Under the pieces are notes generated by a model. The model was not told the origin of the DNA, searched no databases, and saw only the letters and a list, made by a program, of their open reading frames with translations. Positions 37,105 to 50,595 of a stretch of 64,000 bases of DNA are shown here, one piece after another (the stretch's first letter is position 1; each line of letters begins with the position of its first letter). The stretch comes from Trichosphaerium sp. ATCC 40318. Taxonomy: Eukaryota > Protista > Tubulinea. Made by a program: the position numbers and the translations under genes. The DNA is taken from NCBI GenBank assembly GCA_038496445.1, contig JALMLS010000500.1, positions 1 through 64,000 on the forward strand, read 5' to 3'.

Positions 37105-38537
37105 TTATTGAGATTTCTTATCAGATATTGCTTCGAGTGTTTCAGGATCTTCTACGTACTTACGTATGAGTTTTCCAAGCTTTGCTGCCTATGTAAATAA
37201 TTTAGTAATCAATACAGGCCAACAAACTGACCTGAAAGCCGTCCAAGTATCTGTGGTCAAGGGTGACATTGAGGTTCATACGTGGCCTAAGTTATATGAT
37301 CAGTAACTGGAACAACATAATCTTAGTACCTTATTACTATTTCTCCTTCATGTGCAACTACTTTATCAGAAATAGCACCAACAAGAATGACACAAGGTGT
37401 ATGAAAAAATGGGGAAAATGGAGCATACTACAAAGCTAGTTAGTTCTCTTGTGGAAAACAGCATTTCCAGCGAAGTTCGCTTGTGCATACCGCTTCATCA
37501 ATACCCATAGAGCCCATATTAGTTACTACAACAGTTCCAAAAGGGAATCTTTTGATACCAACGGCCTTTAATCAACAAAGTAAATAAAAACGATTCATAA
37601 CAATTCTTGAGATGATTTTTTTTTGGACGTACAGACAAATCTAAGCCAACCGCACTCGCCAAGAAACCTCCCATATGGACTACTGGTCGTAATAAAAATG
37701 TAGGCAAGAGTCTAAAAAATCACGTGAGCGAGTCCGTTCTAGATATTCGAAAAACACAAAAAAGGGTTTACCTGGCGAGGTTGACGCTCTTGTTAAAGTC
37801 CTTGTCTTTTCCAGCACGTAGTTTGGTTACGTGAGCTGTCATTTCATCTATAAACGCATCCATAGATTTACTAGAAAAGCAATTAAAGCAAGAGGAAAAT
37901 GAAGAAAAAACAAATGGATCCTCACTTGTCAAGGTCTGAAATTGTGACTCCTACAAGGTTATCACCACCTTCTACTGTAGCCAATATAGATATATCTGCC
38001 GTCTAGAGCAAAACTGAGACACGTTCTCAAAGTAAAGCCTTTGAAAATGTGATGGTTTTTTCTGACTGAGAAAGCCGACACGTACTTTTTTAGGCAAGTA
38101 TCGGCCCCATAAGATACGCCCGTTGAATCTTGGCATGGTTTTTATTGTGTGGGCGACCGCTTTGCCTTTTGGGTAATGTTAGTATTTTTGTTGTTGTGTA
38201 CGTTGCGTACTTATGACGTGCGTGGCGGTAACTTTTTTGCCTGTGGTGTCTCTGTACTTTTTTATGTACTTGAGTAAATTGGTACAGTCGATTTCTAGCT
38301 TAGTGTAGATATTCGAATCTGATTGTGCTGACCATGTTGATATGGCTATTTTTTGTCTGAGTTCGTTAGTGTCAATGAGAAAAAGCTTTAAATCGAAAAT
38401 AAATACCTCACGCTCATTCCAGTAGATGTAAAACGCCATAAGAACGCAATGAACGCAATAATCACTGGCCAGAATATTATCGCGGGTAGAATAGAGTATA
38501 GAGCGTAGGTAACAATCGCAGCTGTTAACCAACCCAT
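37105..38537 (-). CDS. Stand-alone 2-oxoacid dehydrogenase E2-like acyltransferase catalytic domain with N-terminal hydrophobic helix
   Basis: MGWLTAAIVTYALYSILPAIIFWPVIIAFIAFLWR, then motifs NGRILWGRY, PFGTVVVTN, ILVGAI and LNVTLDHRYLDG. No lipoyl domain. Confidence 0.82.
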
Positions 38538-39068
38538 AACGAACTCTTACAGACTGTCTCAAAATGAAAGGTGATTGATTCGAATGAACGATTTTATAAA
38601 GTCAATGTCATTCAGCTGTGAAGCCAATGGGCGAATTCAAAGGCCTCTAAACAAATGTGGATTGTCAAAACGTTGTGTGGGTTTCGAAGTAGTACACATA
38701 CTTTGACCTAAGTGTACAACTTTACTCACGTGATATTCCTCTTTAATGTTTTTGCTAATGGGGTTGAATTTGAAATGCTGATGCATGTGTTTGGTTGCAG
38801 GCAGCTTAGAAGGAGTTGTGAAGGACGTAGTGGATCGCGTGGGGAAATGTTAAAACTTAGTGAAGAAACGCTGCTCGACCTTTTGCATAAACTAGTGTTA
38901 AAATTGTCTTTCTCTTCTAGTGAAGAAATTAAATCAATAGCACTTTCCTGTAAGTTTGTACTTTAGCTGAGCGCTACTATGCAGAGTATCCTAACTTTAG
39001 ATTTTGTGTTGCATTGAATTGTTAAAGGAAGATCACGTGATAGTTAGCCGAGCTGTCCAAGTACCAAG

Positions 39069-41825
39069 ATGCTTGCTGGTACCTGCCACTGTAAATAGCA
39101 CTTGGCTATGTACTGTTTTGACCAATGTCGACCATTTAACTGATTGTATTTCTACAGTGATGCTGCAATCAAAGGTACATGCTTACTTGGGATGTAACGA
39201 ACCCAAATATAGATTAAAATCGAGTAATAGATCCTTAAGGATGCAAAGGAGCACTTGAAAATCGATAATGTAGTCGTTAGCCAAACGAAGTCACTAACAG
39301 ACTCTAAAACATTTTCTGGGTACTTGGCGGTTCTAGAAACAGTACGTTATTGGCTTCTAATAGTAATCCCATCAATTCGCGAACAATTTGTTGAAAATAA
39401 ACAATTGGAGTGTTAAAAACTTATAAGGACGGACAATACGTTATTGCTTGGACGTCATACTACAGAAATTCCAATCTCAGTGATCAAACTGAATGGCTTG
39501 ACGTTGGCACGGGTGAAGACGTAACTGCGAGTACGTTCCAATTGCTTACAGCCTTTTGGGCGTTACCCGATTTATTTTCTGTGCCATTTGTCATTTACTC
39601 GGTATTAGCTGATGCAAAACGCGCAAATGCACAAAACAAAGGTGATTGCAATCAAACCCAAGTCGCCAAAGGTAACAAAAATCACCTGTCACTTTCTCGA
39701 GCTTACTATTAATTCTCAGATTATGAGATACGATTACCACTATCAACAATCAAGTAACCATTTACAGCTTGTACGGTTTTACTTACTACTGTACAGGACA
39801 GTTAGGACTTCAATACCACCTCTTGGATCAGGTTATGCACGTCTCATCTTCATGACAAATGATCAAGTGCCACATCAGTTCTTTTTCAAAAATAGAACGT
39901 CGGTAAAGCAATTCATGGACGAATTACGAAACTACACATATGTCACAAGGTAATAATGAAAGCCTATAATAGCTTAATGATAATATTAAGTATTAAACTA
40001 GGTCTCATGATGATTCACACTTGTATTACTTGAATGACTCCTCAGATCCTTTTCGTCGTAGTGTTCTCACTCTACTCAACAATCCAAATAATATGGATTA
40101 CGGTTCTAGACATGGTGATAATTCTTGGGATGTATTTGGAGTTAAGATGCTGTCAAAGTTTTCTAAGGTCACCGGATTCTCTAAAGGTAAGTATTAGTTT
40201 ACATACGATTTTATTAATTAAGTTAGATTTATGGATAGATAAGATGTCATTGACTCCTACTCAACCATCAACCAGTAGCAATACAGTTCCTGTATCAAGC
40301 AGTTTAGGATCTTTTGAGTTACTTCAAGATGAACTGACTGATTCAGCAGCTGTTAAAGTGCGATTACATATGTTACATTTAATCTTTCTTATTTCGGTTA
40401 GACTGCGATGAAGATTTCCAACACTGTTCCAAGAGGCAAACCTCTCACTGCAACTCAATGGAAAAAGAGTTTTGACAAAGAGGGTAGGTTAACCAACCCT
40501 ACTAGCATTCGTGCGACTATAGCTTTAGGAGTACGAAAAAGCACATGCATAATTCCAGGTTAACTTTTCTGTAAGGGAATGGATCCTTCAATTCGTGAGG
40601 AAGTCTGGAAGTACTTATTGAAGTACTATCCTTGGGACTCAACAAAAGCCCAGAGAACCGAATTACGTATAAAGAAGGCGTATGCAATGTATGTAACCGT
40701 ATGTAGTGTTAAATGTTATGTAGGAAAGAATATGAAGCATACAAGGGTCAGTGGACGACAATCACTGCTGAGCAAGAAACACATCACTCCAAATTTAGAC
40801 AAAAGCGTCACCGTATAGGTATGTAACCACTGGTACTATTTTATTCTTACTTTGAGTATAGAAAAGGATGTTTGGAGAACAGACAGGGAACATCCACTTT
40901 ATAAGGACAAAGAAGGAGAAGGCTTAAAAACCCTCTATGATATTCTCATGACTTATTGTTTCTTCAACTGGGATTTAGGTATAACTATCTGACACCCTTT
41001 TAAAGTACTAAGTCAATATCCAGGATATGTACAAGGCATGAATGACTTGCTGTCGCCTCTTTTGATATTAATGAAGAATCCTACGGATACTTTTTGGTGC
41101 TTTAAGGGATTGATGGACGAGATGGTAGTACAGTTTATCTATTTTCTGTGAACTAACGACTGTAGGCCAAAAATTTCGATAAAGATCAAATTGGTATGCG
41201 TACACAGCTCATGCAATTGTCAAGACTTGTGCGTGTATTGGATAGGCAACTATACGATTACCTAGGTACGACGCATTTGAAATAGAACTTGTGGGTTTTT
41301 TTTGGTCTTTTCTCACTTTTTTATGTTTCTAGAGAAAGTTGAATGTTTAAATATGTTCTACTGCTTCCGTTGGATACTCATTGCTTTTAAACGTGAATTT
41401 GCAAGTTCTCAAGTTGCTATCATTTGGGAGGTAGCTGACTTTTGTGATTTTTATTCTTTGGTAAAGTTAACACTTCTGTTAGAGTTGTTGGGCTCATACT
41501 TGCCCTCACATGCATTTATTTGTAGCAGCTGCTATTCTAATTAAATTTCGTGGTGTTATAATGACCCAAGAGATGAAATTTGATAACTTACTTCAAGTAC
41601 GAGTGCTTGTTTTATATCAATGCTCGTTTTAACTTATTTTTGATAGTTCACAAATGGTTTGGCACGTAAGTTGGATCATATTGGTCTCCTTGAATCCGCT
41701 GAAGGTCTCTACCTGTCGTTTTTGAAGGAAGACGATGCAATAAAGGTAACAACAGCATAAATCAAAAAAGTATCAAAAGTTAATGGGTTTTTAAGGAACG
41801 TGTCTTCGACGTAGATAAGCAGTGA
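39069..41825 (+). CDS. TBC-domain Rab GAP, TBC1D15/17 (Gyp7)-like; start uncertain
   Basis: Motifs REEVWKYLLKYYPWDST, EKDVWRTDR, GYVQGMNDLLSP, FWCFKGLMD and FCFRW-like YCFRWILIAFKREF. Confidence 0.9.
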
Positions 41826-42255
41826 GTACAATGCTGCTACAACCCTCTAGCCACTGTAATCACTATAAACACTTTTTTATTTTCCCACAATTACCAAATC
41901 ATGTGAGCACTTGTACTTGGTTAATTGGTTGTTATGACATTTGTCTAACTGTGACCAACTAATGTAATTATCTGTCGCAAATAACGACGCTAAAAGCTTG
42001 ACCTGTACTAGTATTAGGCGATCCATTAGCGACATTCAAGGTTTAACGGCTCGTCTGAGGAGACTAATCAATAGCCGGGTAAAACAATCATACATAACCC
42101 TCGAAGTTATGTCTAGTCTATTGGTATGTGGTTTTGTGCTGTTGGAAGCAAATGAGACATGTTAAGTTTTTTTTCGCTTATTTCAAATTAGCACAGATTT
42201 GCCGCGCAACGTACAACGAACGAATTAATCATAGCGTATTTATTAACGTATATAG

Positions 42256-45200
42256 ATGTCGAAGACGCGTTCTGGGCGAACAATTAATGAGAAACGCCAT
42301 AAATCGGCGTTAGAAGACCTAGCCGCTGTCAGAAGTGGTGGTGCAAGCCGTCTGGATACTTTGGAGGTAATTTACATGTTAACATAACGGTTACTAACAC
42401 AAAACAAGCTTGATGATACTTCAGTACTCGTAGAACTCAACGACGATGAGTTCCAGAAACACGTTCAAAAGCGGCGCACGGATAACTTCAGAACAGTCGT
42501 TGATGACGTTGGTACGTTAAACCATGTGCTGAATACGCGACAGGATGACCTGACGCCTATTGTAGAGGGAGAATATACGGATATTGGCGGGGAAGATATA
42601 TACTACACAGAAGGAGATGAGTACTCCGACGACGAGGATGTAGCGCCAACAAAACGCGGGAAGCGCAAACGTAAGTTTCCCCTTTATAAAACATTGAACG
42701 CTATTCAAACCTTACCACAACGATAGGGAATACTGCCAAACTCACAGCAGAGCAGCTTAAAAAGAAGCGTAGGCTTGAGAAGAAAAGAGAGGCAAACCGT
42801 ACGCCTAGTAAACAATTGGAACAGATGTGGTATAAACAAGTTCAACATAAGACCACTAAGAAGGTACGTTGGCGCCTTTTTCTTGTTCCAAAATCAGAGA
42901 TTTAACAAAAACCGGTTGAACGTCCTTGTTTCGTTAGTCGTATTCACTTCGCTTGTAGGTAATTAAACCAGAGCCTCCTTCATACTCGTCAGCTTTCTCA
43001 AACGAAAACACCGATCTCAATGCTATGTACAGCCAAATGTACAGTAATCCACACGGTACCAAGAAGTCTACAAAAGGCAAGAAAGGCAAAACGAAACGTG
43101 GTAAAAAACCAAAACGGATGGGCGTATACGCTTCACAAGATAGCCTCAATAGTTCAATATCAAACTTGTCTGTAAGTGGCGATAGCGTATCTAGCAGTAA
43201 AGCAATGGACATAGAGCCAAAGACACAAGCATCTCCTAAACCGCAACAAGCAAAAAAGCCAGTGAAACAACCAGTAAAACAGGTACAGTATTCACTAAAC
43301 GTGATTTGGATCAAAACTTACATTTTTTTTTTAAATAGGTTGTACGCGTTGATAAGAAACCTGTTCTGGTCGCTAAGAAGCCTGCCTCGAAACCTAGTGC
43401 TCCTAAATCAGCTTACGATGTTTCTGCAAAGCCTGTTGCTGCATCAAGCGCCGGTGCCTTTGCTGCAGAAGATGATAAATTCGAACAAACTGGCGAAGAT
43501 TTCTTCCAAGTCGCTGGTTCAATATCTAATACTCCAACTCAAAAGAGTAAGTTTTTGTCTCTCACAAAAAAAACCGTCACGCTCATTTCCTCGTTTCTAG
43601 GCAAAGCTAGCTTCCGTTCTTTACCTGCTCCATTGAATGAGCAAGGATTAATGCACATGTACTGGATAGATATGCAACAAGATAAAAGACAAAGAGGTTT
43701 GTGGACTTTTCTTTTTTCTTGTTTTTTTTTTAAATAGGGTCATTCAAGTATGATTATTTACGACTTTATTAGATACTGTCCACATTTTTGGTAAAGTGTA
43801 CAGTGATACTACACGCCAATGGGTATCATGCTGTGTTCACGTTACAAACATTGAACGTACACTCCTAATAGCTCCAAGAAAGTTTCCAGAACAAATTAAT
43901 GAAGAAAAGTCTGCAGATTCTAGGGAATGCTACTTTGGTACTTTTTTAGCGAATTGTTTTAGTGAAATTGCTTGCAGTGACTTACATTTTTATGCTATAG
44001 ATAAGCTAAACTTGGCCGCTGATAGGCCTGTGGATATAAATAAAGATGTTTTGGGTGAATTTAACCTCATCAGACAAAAGCACAGAATTGGAAATGTCAT
44101 GTCAAAAATTGTAAAGAGAAAGTATGCTTTTGAAATAGAGGGTACGCAATACTCTTCGGGGTTTTTTACCAGCCTTTTTTTTGCCTCTTTATTGCGATTC
44201 TTAGAAACCTCGTAATTTTGTTTCTCTATTCTTTTTTGCTATTCTAGTTCTCACAGCTAGCCTAGATGTTGAGCAAGGAGAATCAGAATATGTCAAAGTT
44301 ATTTACTCTGGAAAAGACGCTCAAATTGACCAAAAATACCTTACTGGTAACACATACTCTCGTATCTTTGGTTCCCAGACAAGCGCGCTTGAATCATTGA
44401 TTGTAAAGCGTAAGATTAAGGGACCAAGCTGGCTTGTTCTACGCAAACCAAAAAGAGCTACATCGCTTGTTTCATGGTGTAAGATGGAACTTACACTTGA
44501 TGATCCTAGAGCTATAGCTGTATCTGAAGAACAACCAAAGCCTCCACCACTTGTTGTCATGTCACTAAAGGTCACACCAGCCTTCAACCGAGATAAAAAC
44601 CAAAACGAAGTGTGCTGCGTCACTGGATTATATCACACTGCAGGTTCGTTTTATTACCATTTTTTTTATTGCTAGTCAGCCTTTCTTTGTCTTCTGACAA
44701 GCATCTAGTGAACCCTGATGAGATTCTTTCGAATCCTAAACGTGGTATTCGCTATTTCACAGCAGTAAGGCGCCTACCTAAGGTCAGCTTTCCACATGAC
44801 TTTGAATCAAATGTGAAACGTCAAAAGAAAAATATTGAAGTTCACAGAAACGAGGCTAGTATGCTCAATTCTCTAATGGGTGCGTTGCTCTTTTGAGAAA
44901 ATTTTTTGTTCTTTGGACATTTTCTTCTGTGCCTATTTTGCTTTCTTATAGTTTTCCCTAGCATCCATCATTACTGTAGACCCTGATGTAGTAGTTGGAC
45001 ACAATTTTATTGGTTTTGATTTAGATGTACTCTTGCATCGTATGAGACACTGTAAAGTAGCCAATTGGGATCAACTAGGTCGCTTACGTCGTTCTACAAT
45101 GCCACGTCTTCAAAAAGGTAAGAAATATTCAACACTTTTTGGTCCCTTTGTCAAAGAAGTGGTGCCGTGACAGCTGTGTTGGTGAACCTTTTTATGCTTA

Positions 45201-48200
45201 TATTTTATGCTTTAGGTGCTGGTGGAACATCAGACTCAAACGCATCTGAGAAAGAAGTAATGGCAGGTCGTTTGATTTGTGATACTTGGGTATCTTCAAA
45301 AGAATTCGCACCAAAGTCCTCCAACTACAAACTCGCCACACTTGCTAGAAGCCAGCTTGGTATCAAAAGGTACTTACTACTCAACATTCTCTCGATGGGT
45401 TCTTTCTGTTTTCTTGCTGTATCTCTTCTTATAGCTGTTCTAGGAGAGAAATCGAGAACGATAAGATTGTCAACTACTACCAAACATCAAAATCTCTCAT
45501 GTTCCTTTGCGAGCACAACTCAAATGATGCTTACTTATCTTTCCTTCTAATGAACAAACTCAATGTCTTGCCTCTCACAAAACAACTCACAACACTCTGT
45601 GGTAATAGATGGAATAGATCTCTTAGCTCAGTAGGTTCAGAGCGTGTTGAGTACCTATTGCTTCATGAATTCCATGCCTTGAAATACGTTGTTCCTGATA
45701 AGGAGTACTTATCCAGAAAAGGTACCCTTCATCTCTCCTTGTTTGCATTTCTTTGCTTCATTTTTAAACCATGTAATGTCTTACACGTTGTTTGTAGAAT
45801 GGGCAAAGAGAAAGGGCGCCAAATTGGTCGGTGGTAAAGTCCTAGAGCCAAAGAGCGGTCTATATGATAAATGTGTTCTCTTGCTTGATTTCAACAGTTT
45901 GTATCCAAGTATCATTCTGGAGTACAACATTTGCTTTACAACTGTTGAGCGTATATCATGTGCTTCTGATAAGCATGATACAACAACATGGGAAGCTGCT
46001 GAACCTGGTCCAACAGTAGAAACTGGTATACTGCCTCGTGTAATTGGAAACTTGGTGCGTTTTTTTCTTCAATTTCTCTTTTTTTTCTTATGTTGGACTA
46101 TCTCTGACGTTCTTCCTTTAGTTGAAGTCTCGTGGTGTAGCAAAGAAGATGCTTAAATCTGCAACAGAACCATCTAAAAAGCAACAATACAACACACAAC
46201 AATTGGCGCTTAAACTCGTAGCAAATAGCATCTACGGTTGTCTCGGTTTTACCAACTCAAGGTAAGCTATTTGTTTGCTAAGGAAAAAATAGCAAGATCT
46301 CATCTTCTCTTAGGTTCTACGCAAAGCCTTTGGCTTCCCTCATTACTGGCAAAGGTCGTGCAGCCCTAGACAAATGTAAAACGGTCGCAGAAGAGCAACT
46401 AGGTCTTAACGTATGTATTTTTCTTTACTTAAAGCCTTCCAATGTTCTACATAAACTTAACTCGGTCATTAGGTAATTTATGGTGATACTGATTCCATTA
46501 TGGTTTACACAGGTCTAACAGACCTTGTCGAAGTCAAAAAACTTGCCCGTGTTGTCATTGACGCAATCAACGAGTCATACAAGCACATTGAACTTGACAT
46601 GGATGGTATCTTTAAACGCATGCTTCTTCTAAAGAAAAAGGTACCTCGACTTTACCTCTTACCTCACATCACTCAGCTTTGCTTGTACTCACCTATTCGT
46701 TAGAAATATGCATCTCTTATGATTACTGAACATCCTGGTAACAAAATTACAACGTATCGCGAATGTAAAGGTTTGGATTTGGTCCGTCGTGATTGGTGTG
46801 TTCTAAGTAAAGAAATGGGTTCTAAGATTCTTGATGATATCCTTTCTGACAAAAATGGTGATGAAGTTGTTGAAAGCATTCACACCTACCTTACTGATAT
46901 TGTACACCTTTTACTCAATAGTAGTTTTTCTGTCGCACACGCAAAGTACTGACCACTATTTTTAGGGCGAAAAAATCCGCACGGCAAAATTCCATTGTCT
47001 AAATATGTTGTAACAAAGAGTCTCACTAAAGCTCCAAAAGACTATGCTCACCCAGAACAACATCCCCATGTTGTTGTCGCTCAGCGTGCACAAAAAAATG
47101 GCAAACCTGTTCGTGTAGGTGATCATATTGAATATGTCATTATTGAAGACAAAGACACGAGTCATATAGCCCAAAGGTACACCTTTTCGACTTTGTTTAA
47201 TGTTTCAGTTTGTTGATATTTATGATAGGGCTCGTTCACCGGAAGAGGTTGCAAAATCTCAAGGTAAAATGGGTATTGATATTAACTGGTATATTACCTC
47301 CCAACTATTGCCTCCAAGTACGATTTTGACTTCGAGAAAAAACCTAAAAGCTTCGAAAAAGCTAACTCTTGCTCCCTAGCTTCTCGTCTATGTGAGTACC
47401 TTGAGGGAACTTCTCATAGACAACTCGCTATTGCTCTTGGTGTTGATCCTGCTAAATACACAGCAAACACTTCAAGCACATCAGGTACTTCATTGCTCTC
47501 CAGTCTAAAGACTTTTTTTTTTTTGGCTTTGTAAAATGTTGTTTGTCTTCTTGTTTGACGTTATTCTAGAGTATCTTCCTAGAGGCAATGTTAACGACAC
47601 AATTAAATACAGAAATTGTGAGAAAGTTGTTCTTGTTAATCCAAAAACACGTGAAGAGCATGAGTTCAAAGGTGTTATGGATCCTCGATTTTTCTCTGAT
47701 CCTAGTGGCACTTTGCTTTTCTCTGGTAACCCCTTTTGACTTCTTACTCTAAAGCACTTATTAACTCTCTTCCAAATAGATGGTACTCCAATATCTGCTG
47801 GACGATTACTTAATGCGTTACAGATGCTTGCAAGAAAGCACTTGTACGTTATATTTTTTTGATACTATTTTTTTTTGGAGTACAAGTGTGTTTGAGGCGC
47901 TAACTTTATTCTTCTTTAAGGAAAATGTACTATGACTACAACATGGTTTCTACAGAGCCTACAATGAGGGTAAATACGCCTAACTTTATCTGGAAGAATG
48001 GTACTGCACAAAATTTTTGTTTCAAGGAAACAATACTAACCGAAAACGTTTAGATCGACCAAAAGTCATTGTTGATGGCACCCCAGTCATTGTCACCAAA
48101 GAGTACCCTGCAGTAAAGCTCCACTTACAACTTGAGTACATGTATAATATGTTCAATATTGAGCGCAAGCGACAACGTGAAACTAACGCGGGTACGCATA

Positions 48201-48495
48201 ATATTTTTTTTCATTTTTTTCCTTCTTGGAGAGTTACTTGCTTTTTTGGATACTGATTGCTCTCTTCTTTAGGTGCTTGGTCTAATTTCGAAAAAAGACT
48301 CGATGTTACTACAAAACACATCTTCGCTCAATGTGGCAAGGCTGTCAATGCGTATGCTTTGATTTTTTGTGTTTTTTTTACCTTCCTGTTGTGAAATTCT
48401 TAATTTATTCTTGCTTTAGGCATTTGAGCAAGAATGCTTTCCACTGGGTATCTTTGGGTAAACTATTTGGAGATATTTACCCTTCCGATATGTAA
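42256..48495 (+). CDS. POLA1: DNA polymerase alpha catalytic subunit; many exons
   Basis: Motifs [70 protein letters not shown] and [11 protein letters not shown]. Confidence 0.97.
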
Positions 48496-48980
48496 AAAAG
48501 AAGAATTTTAAAGAATGAGTTGTCTAAATGCGTCGAAAGGTTAAGTTGAAATGTATAATGTAATGTAGCATATAAAGCAATCCTTAAATGATCTTTGTCC
48601 CTTTCTAAATATTTGATATATTAAACATATCTGGCGTGGAGAACTCAGAGTTGTGGTTTCCTGACATTTTGTGGCTGTACAAATCGAGTTTTACGGACGG
48701 TGCATAGTCAACCTAGAGGCGTAACAGCTAGAGGCAGCGCACTGTGAGGTTTATGTTCAAAATCCTTGTCAGCTGCTGGGTACTTTGATGATTTTCACTC
48801 CCTTTGTTTGAGAGGAGTGCCTTCTTTTGCTCTTTTGTAGCTTCTGCACTGATGCTTCAGGAACAGGTTCCTTAGCTTTATCCATCCATGTCGGCAACCA
48901 CCAAGGTCAATAGCATAGATACAGAAAGTGTTCGAAAGCAGAAGTTCAGTAACCACTAATATCAATCTTTATTATTGTAT

Positions 48981-49547
48981 TTACAGAAAATTTTGTGCTA
49001 AAACATGAACGTGCATACCCGTCATACATTAGTACTTACGTTGTATTATGTAGCTAGGGGTTGAAACCTTAGGCTTGGGTTTAAATGAAGGTTCTATTGG
49101 AAGTAGCCCATAGTAATCCACTACAAGAGCGAGTTTGTTGTCTTTACAGCATGCTTCTCTTAAAGAAGAGATAGGAGGGGTTGTTGTCAGCGCACATGCT
49201 CGAAGATGGTCCAAAATAATGTCAAACCTTTTTGGATTTAAATCCAAAAAGAATCGGTTTTGTTTATCTCTTGCAAGGCTTTTATTCCATCTACCACTGA
49301 ACATTGCTGCTAGTAACGAACCCTCTACTTGACAAAGAGTACGTCTAGTAGTAGAAATGTTCGTCCCGCCAACATTAAGGTCTATAATATCATTTGGACT
49401 ACAACTCTTGTAGTCAGCCATTAATTCCTTTTCTCGTTTGAGTTGCTTTTTGTCTTGTTCTAATTTACATCTTTCCTTTGAAATATCTTGCTTATGCGCT
49501 TCTAATTGTTCATCTACAAACTTAAATACTTTATCTAAGCTCTGCAT
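48981..49547 (-). CDS. KCTD-type BTB/POZ (potassium-channel tetramerisation) domain protein
   Basis: IIDLNVGGT...TTRRTL...SLLAAMFSGRW...FLDLNP..F..ILDHLR. It ends at 49029 unspliced or at 48981 via a short intron. Confidence 0.9.
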
Positions 49548-49850
49548 GCAGCTGTGCGGTGTTATTAGTAATTGTGCTTTAAATAGACTTGACTAAATTG
49601 GACCGTCGTCTGGCTCTTCATCGTGCTTAAAAGGGCTATGCTTGTAAGTCTTTGCACATCGCTAGTGTTCAACCTTCATTAACAAGAGCTTTTGTTACAG
49701 ATAACTGCATTCTTAATTACATTCTCGTGAAATCATAGTTCGAGTTAGCGATTAGTGCACAACCGAATAAATGTGATAGTCTAGCGTTGGTTATAATTAA
49801 TCTATATGTACAGATCCTGTGCATAGTTTATGATGGCGTTCATGCTCCAT

Positions 49851-50435
49851 TCACTTATTGTTTCTGTGTCCTCTAAGCTGTGGGCAACCATATAGTGTAT
49901 GAGAACTATAAGCTTCACAAAGTATACATGTTTCTTCCACAGGACAGTTAAGGGCAAACCGTATATCTGACTCTATGCTAACCAAAAATTCTCGAGCATC
50001 TCGGGTACTAGTGAATGTCACAGTATAAGTCATAGATCTTTGTCCTTTCAGTCTTCTTGTTCTAGAGTAGGTAAAGTGCAGAGTGTTACAGAAATGCAAT
50101 GGATATCGTGCTGCCTCTAAAATCAAGGTTGACATCTTCTCAGCTATCTGTTCTGAGCTTTTAAGCAAGGTTAACGACTGAGTATTCTCCACATCTTTAG
50201 GAGGCTTTGATATATCCATTTTAACACCTGTGAACCAGAAAGCATCACTAGCAACCCAGTTTCGGAGAAATACTTCAATTGTATCTATTTCACTATATAT
50301 ACTTGCAATATGATACCTCCAAGCTTTACTAACGTGTCTGAATACATGAAGGTTCAATACAGGCAAATAAGTAATAATTTTCCTTTGTATTTCTTGAGGC
50401 AGTATCTCTTCCACTACTGAGACACAAGTGTCCAT
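49851..50435 (-). CDS. Intronless F-box-like protein with C-terminal zinc-knuckle-like motif
   Basis: LPQEIQRKIITYLP...FRHVSKAWR (F-box) and CILCEAYSSHTLYGC. Confidence 0.75.
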   Translation of the reverse strand: MDTCVSVVEEILPQEIQRKIITYLPVLNLHVFRHVSKAWRYHIASIYSEIDTIEVFLRNWVASDAFWFTGVKMDISKPPKDVENTQSLTLLKSSEQIAEKMSTLILEAARYPLHFCNTLHFTYSRTRRLKGQRSMTYTVTFTSTRDAREFLVSIESDIRFALNCPVEETCILCEAYSSHTLYGCPQLRGHRNNK

Positions 50436-50595
50436 AATGTTCGAGTAACTTCGATGACGTTAACTATTACAATCACGTATAATTGCATTGACTGTTGTCA
50501 ACGATTATTTGATCACGTGACTTGGGGGTTTTTTAACACAAAAAGAAGGCCATTTTTTGAAACGAAAGTTCGTAAGACTTGGTTTGCACACAATA

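Noticed and set aside
48600-48950. Extra small gene between POLA1 and the BTB gene
   Set aside because: The sequence looks coding-like but gives only short open frames, with no consistent splice path or motif.
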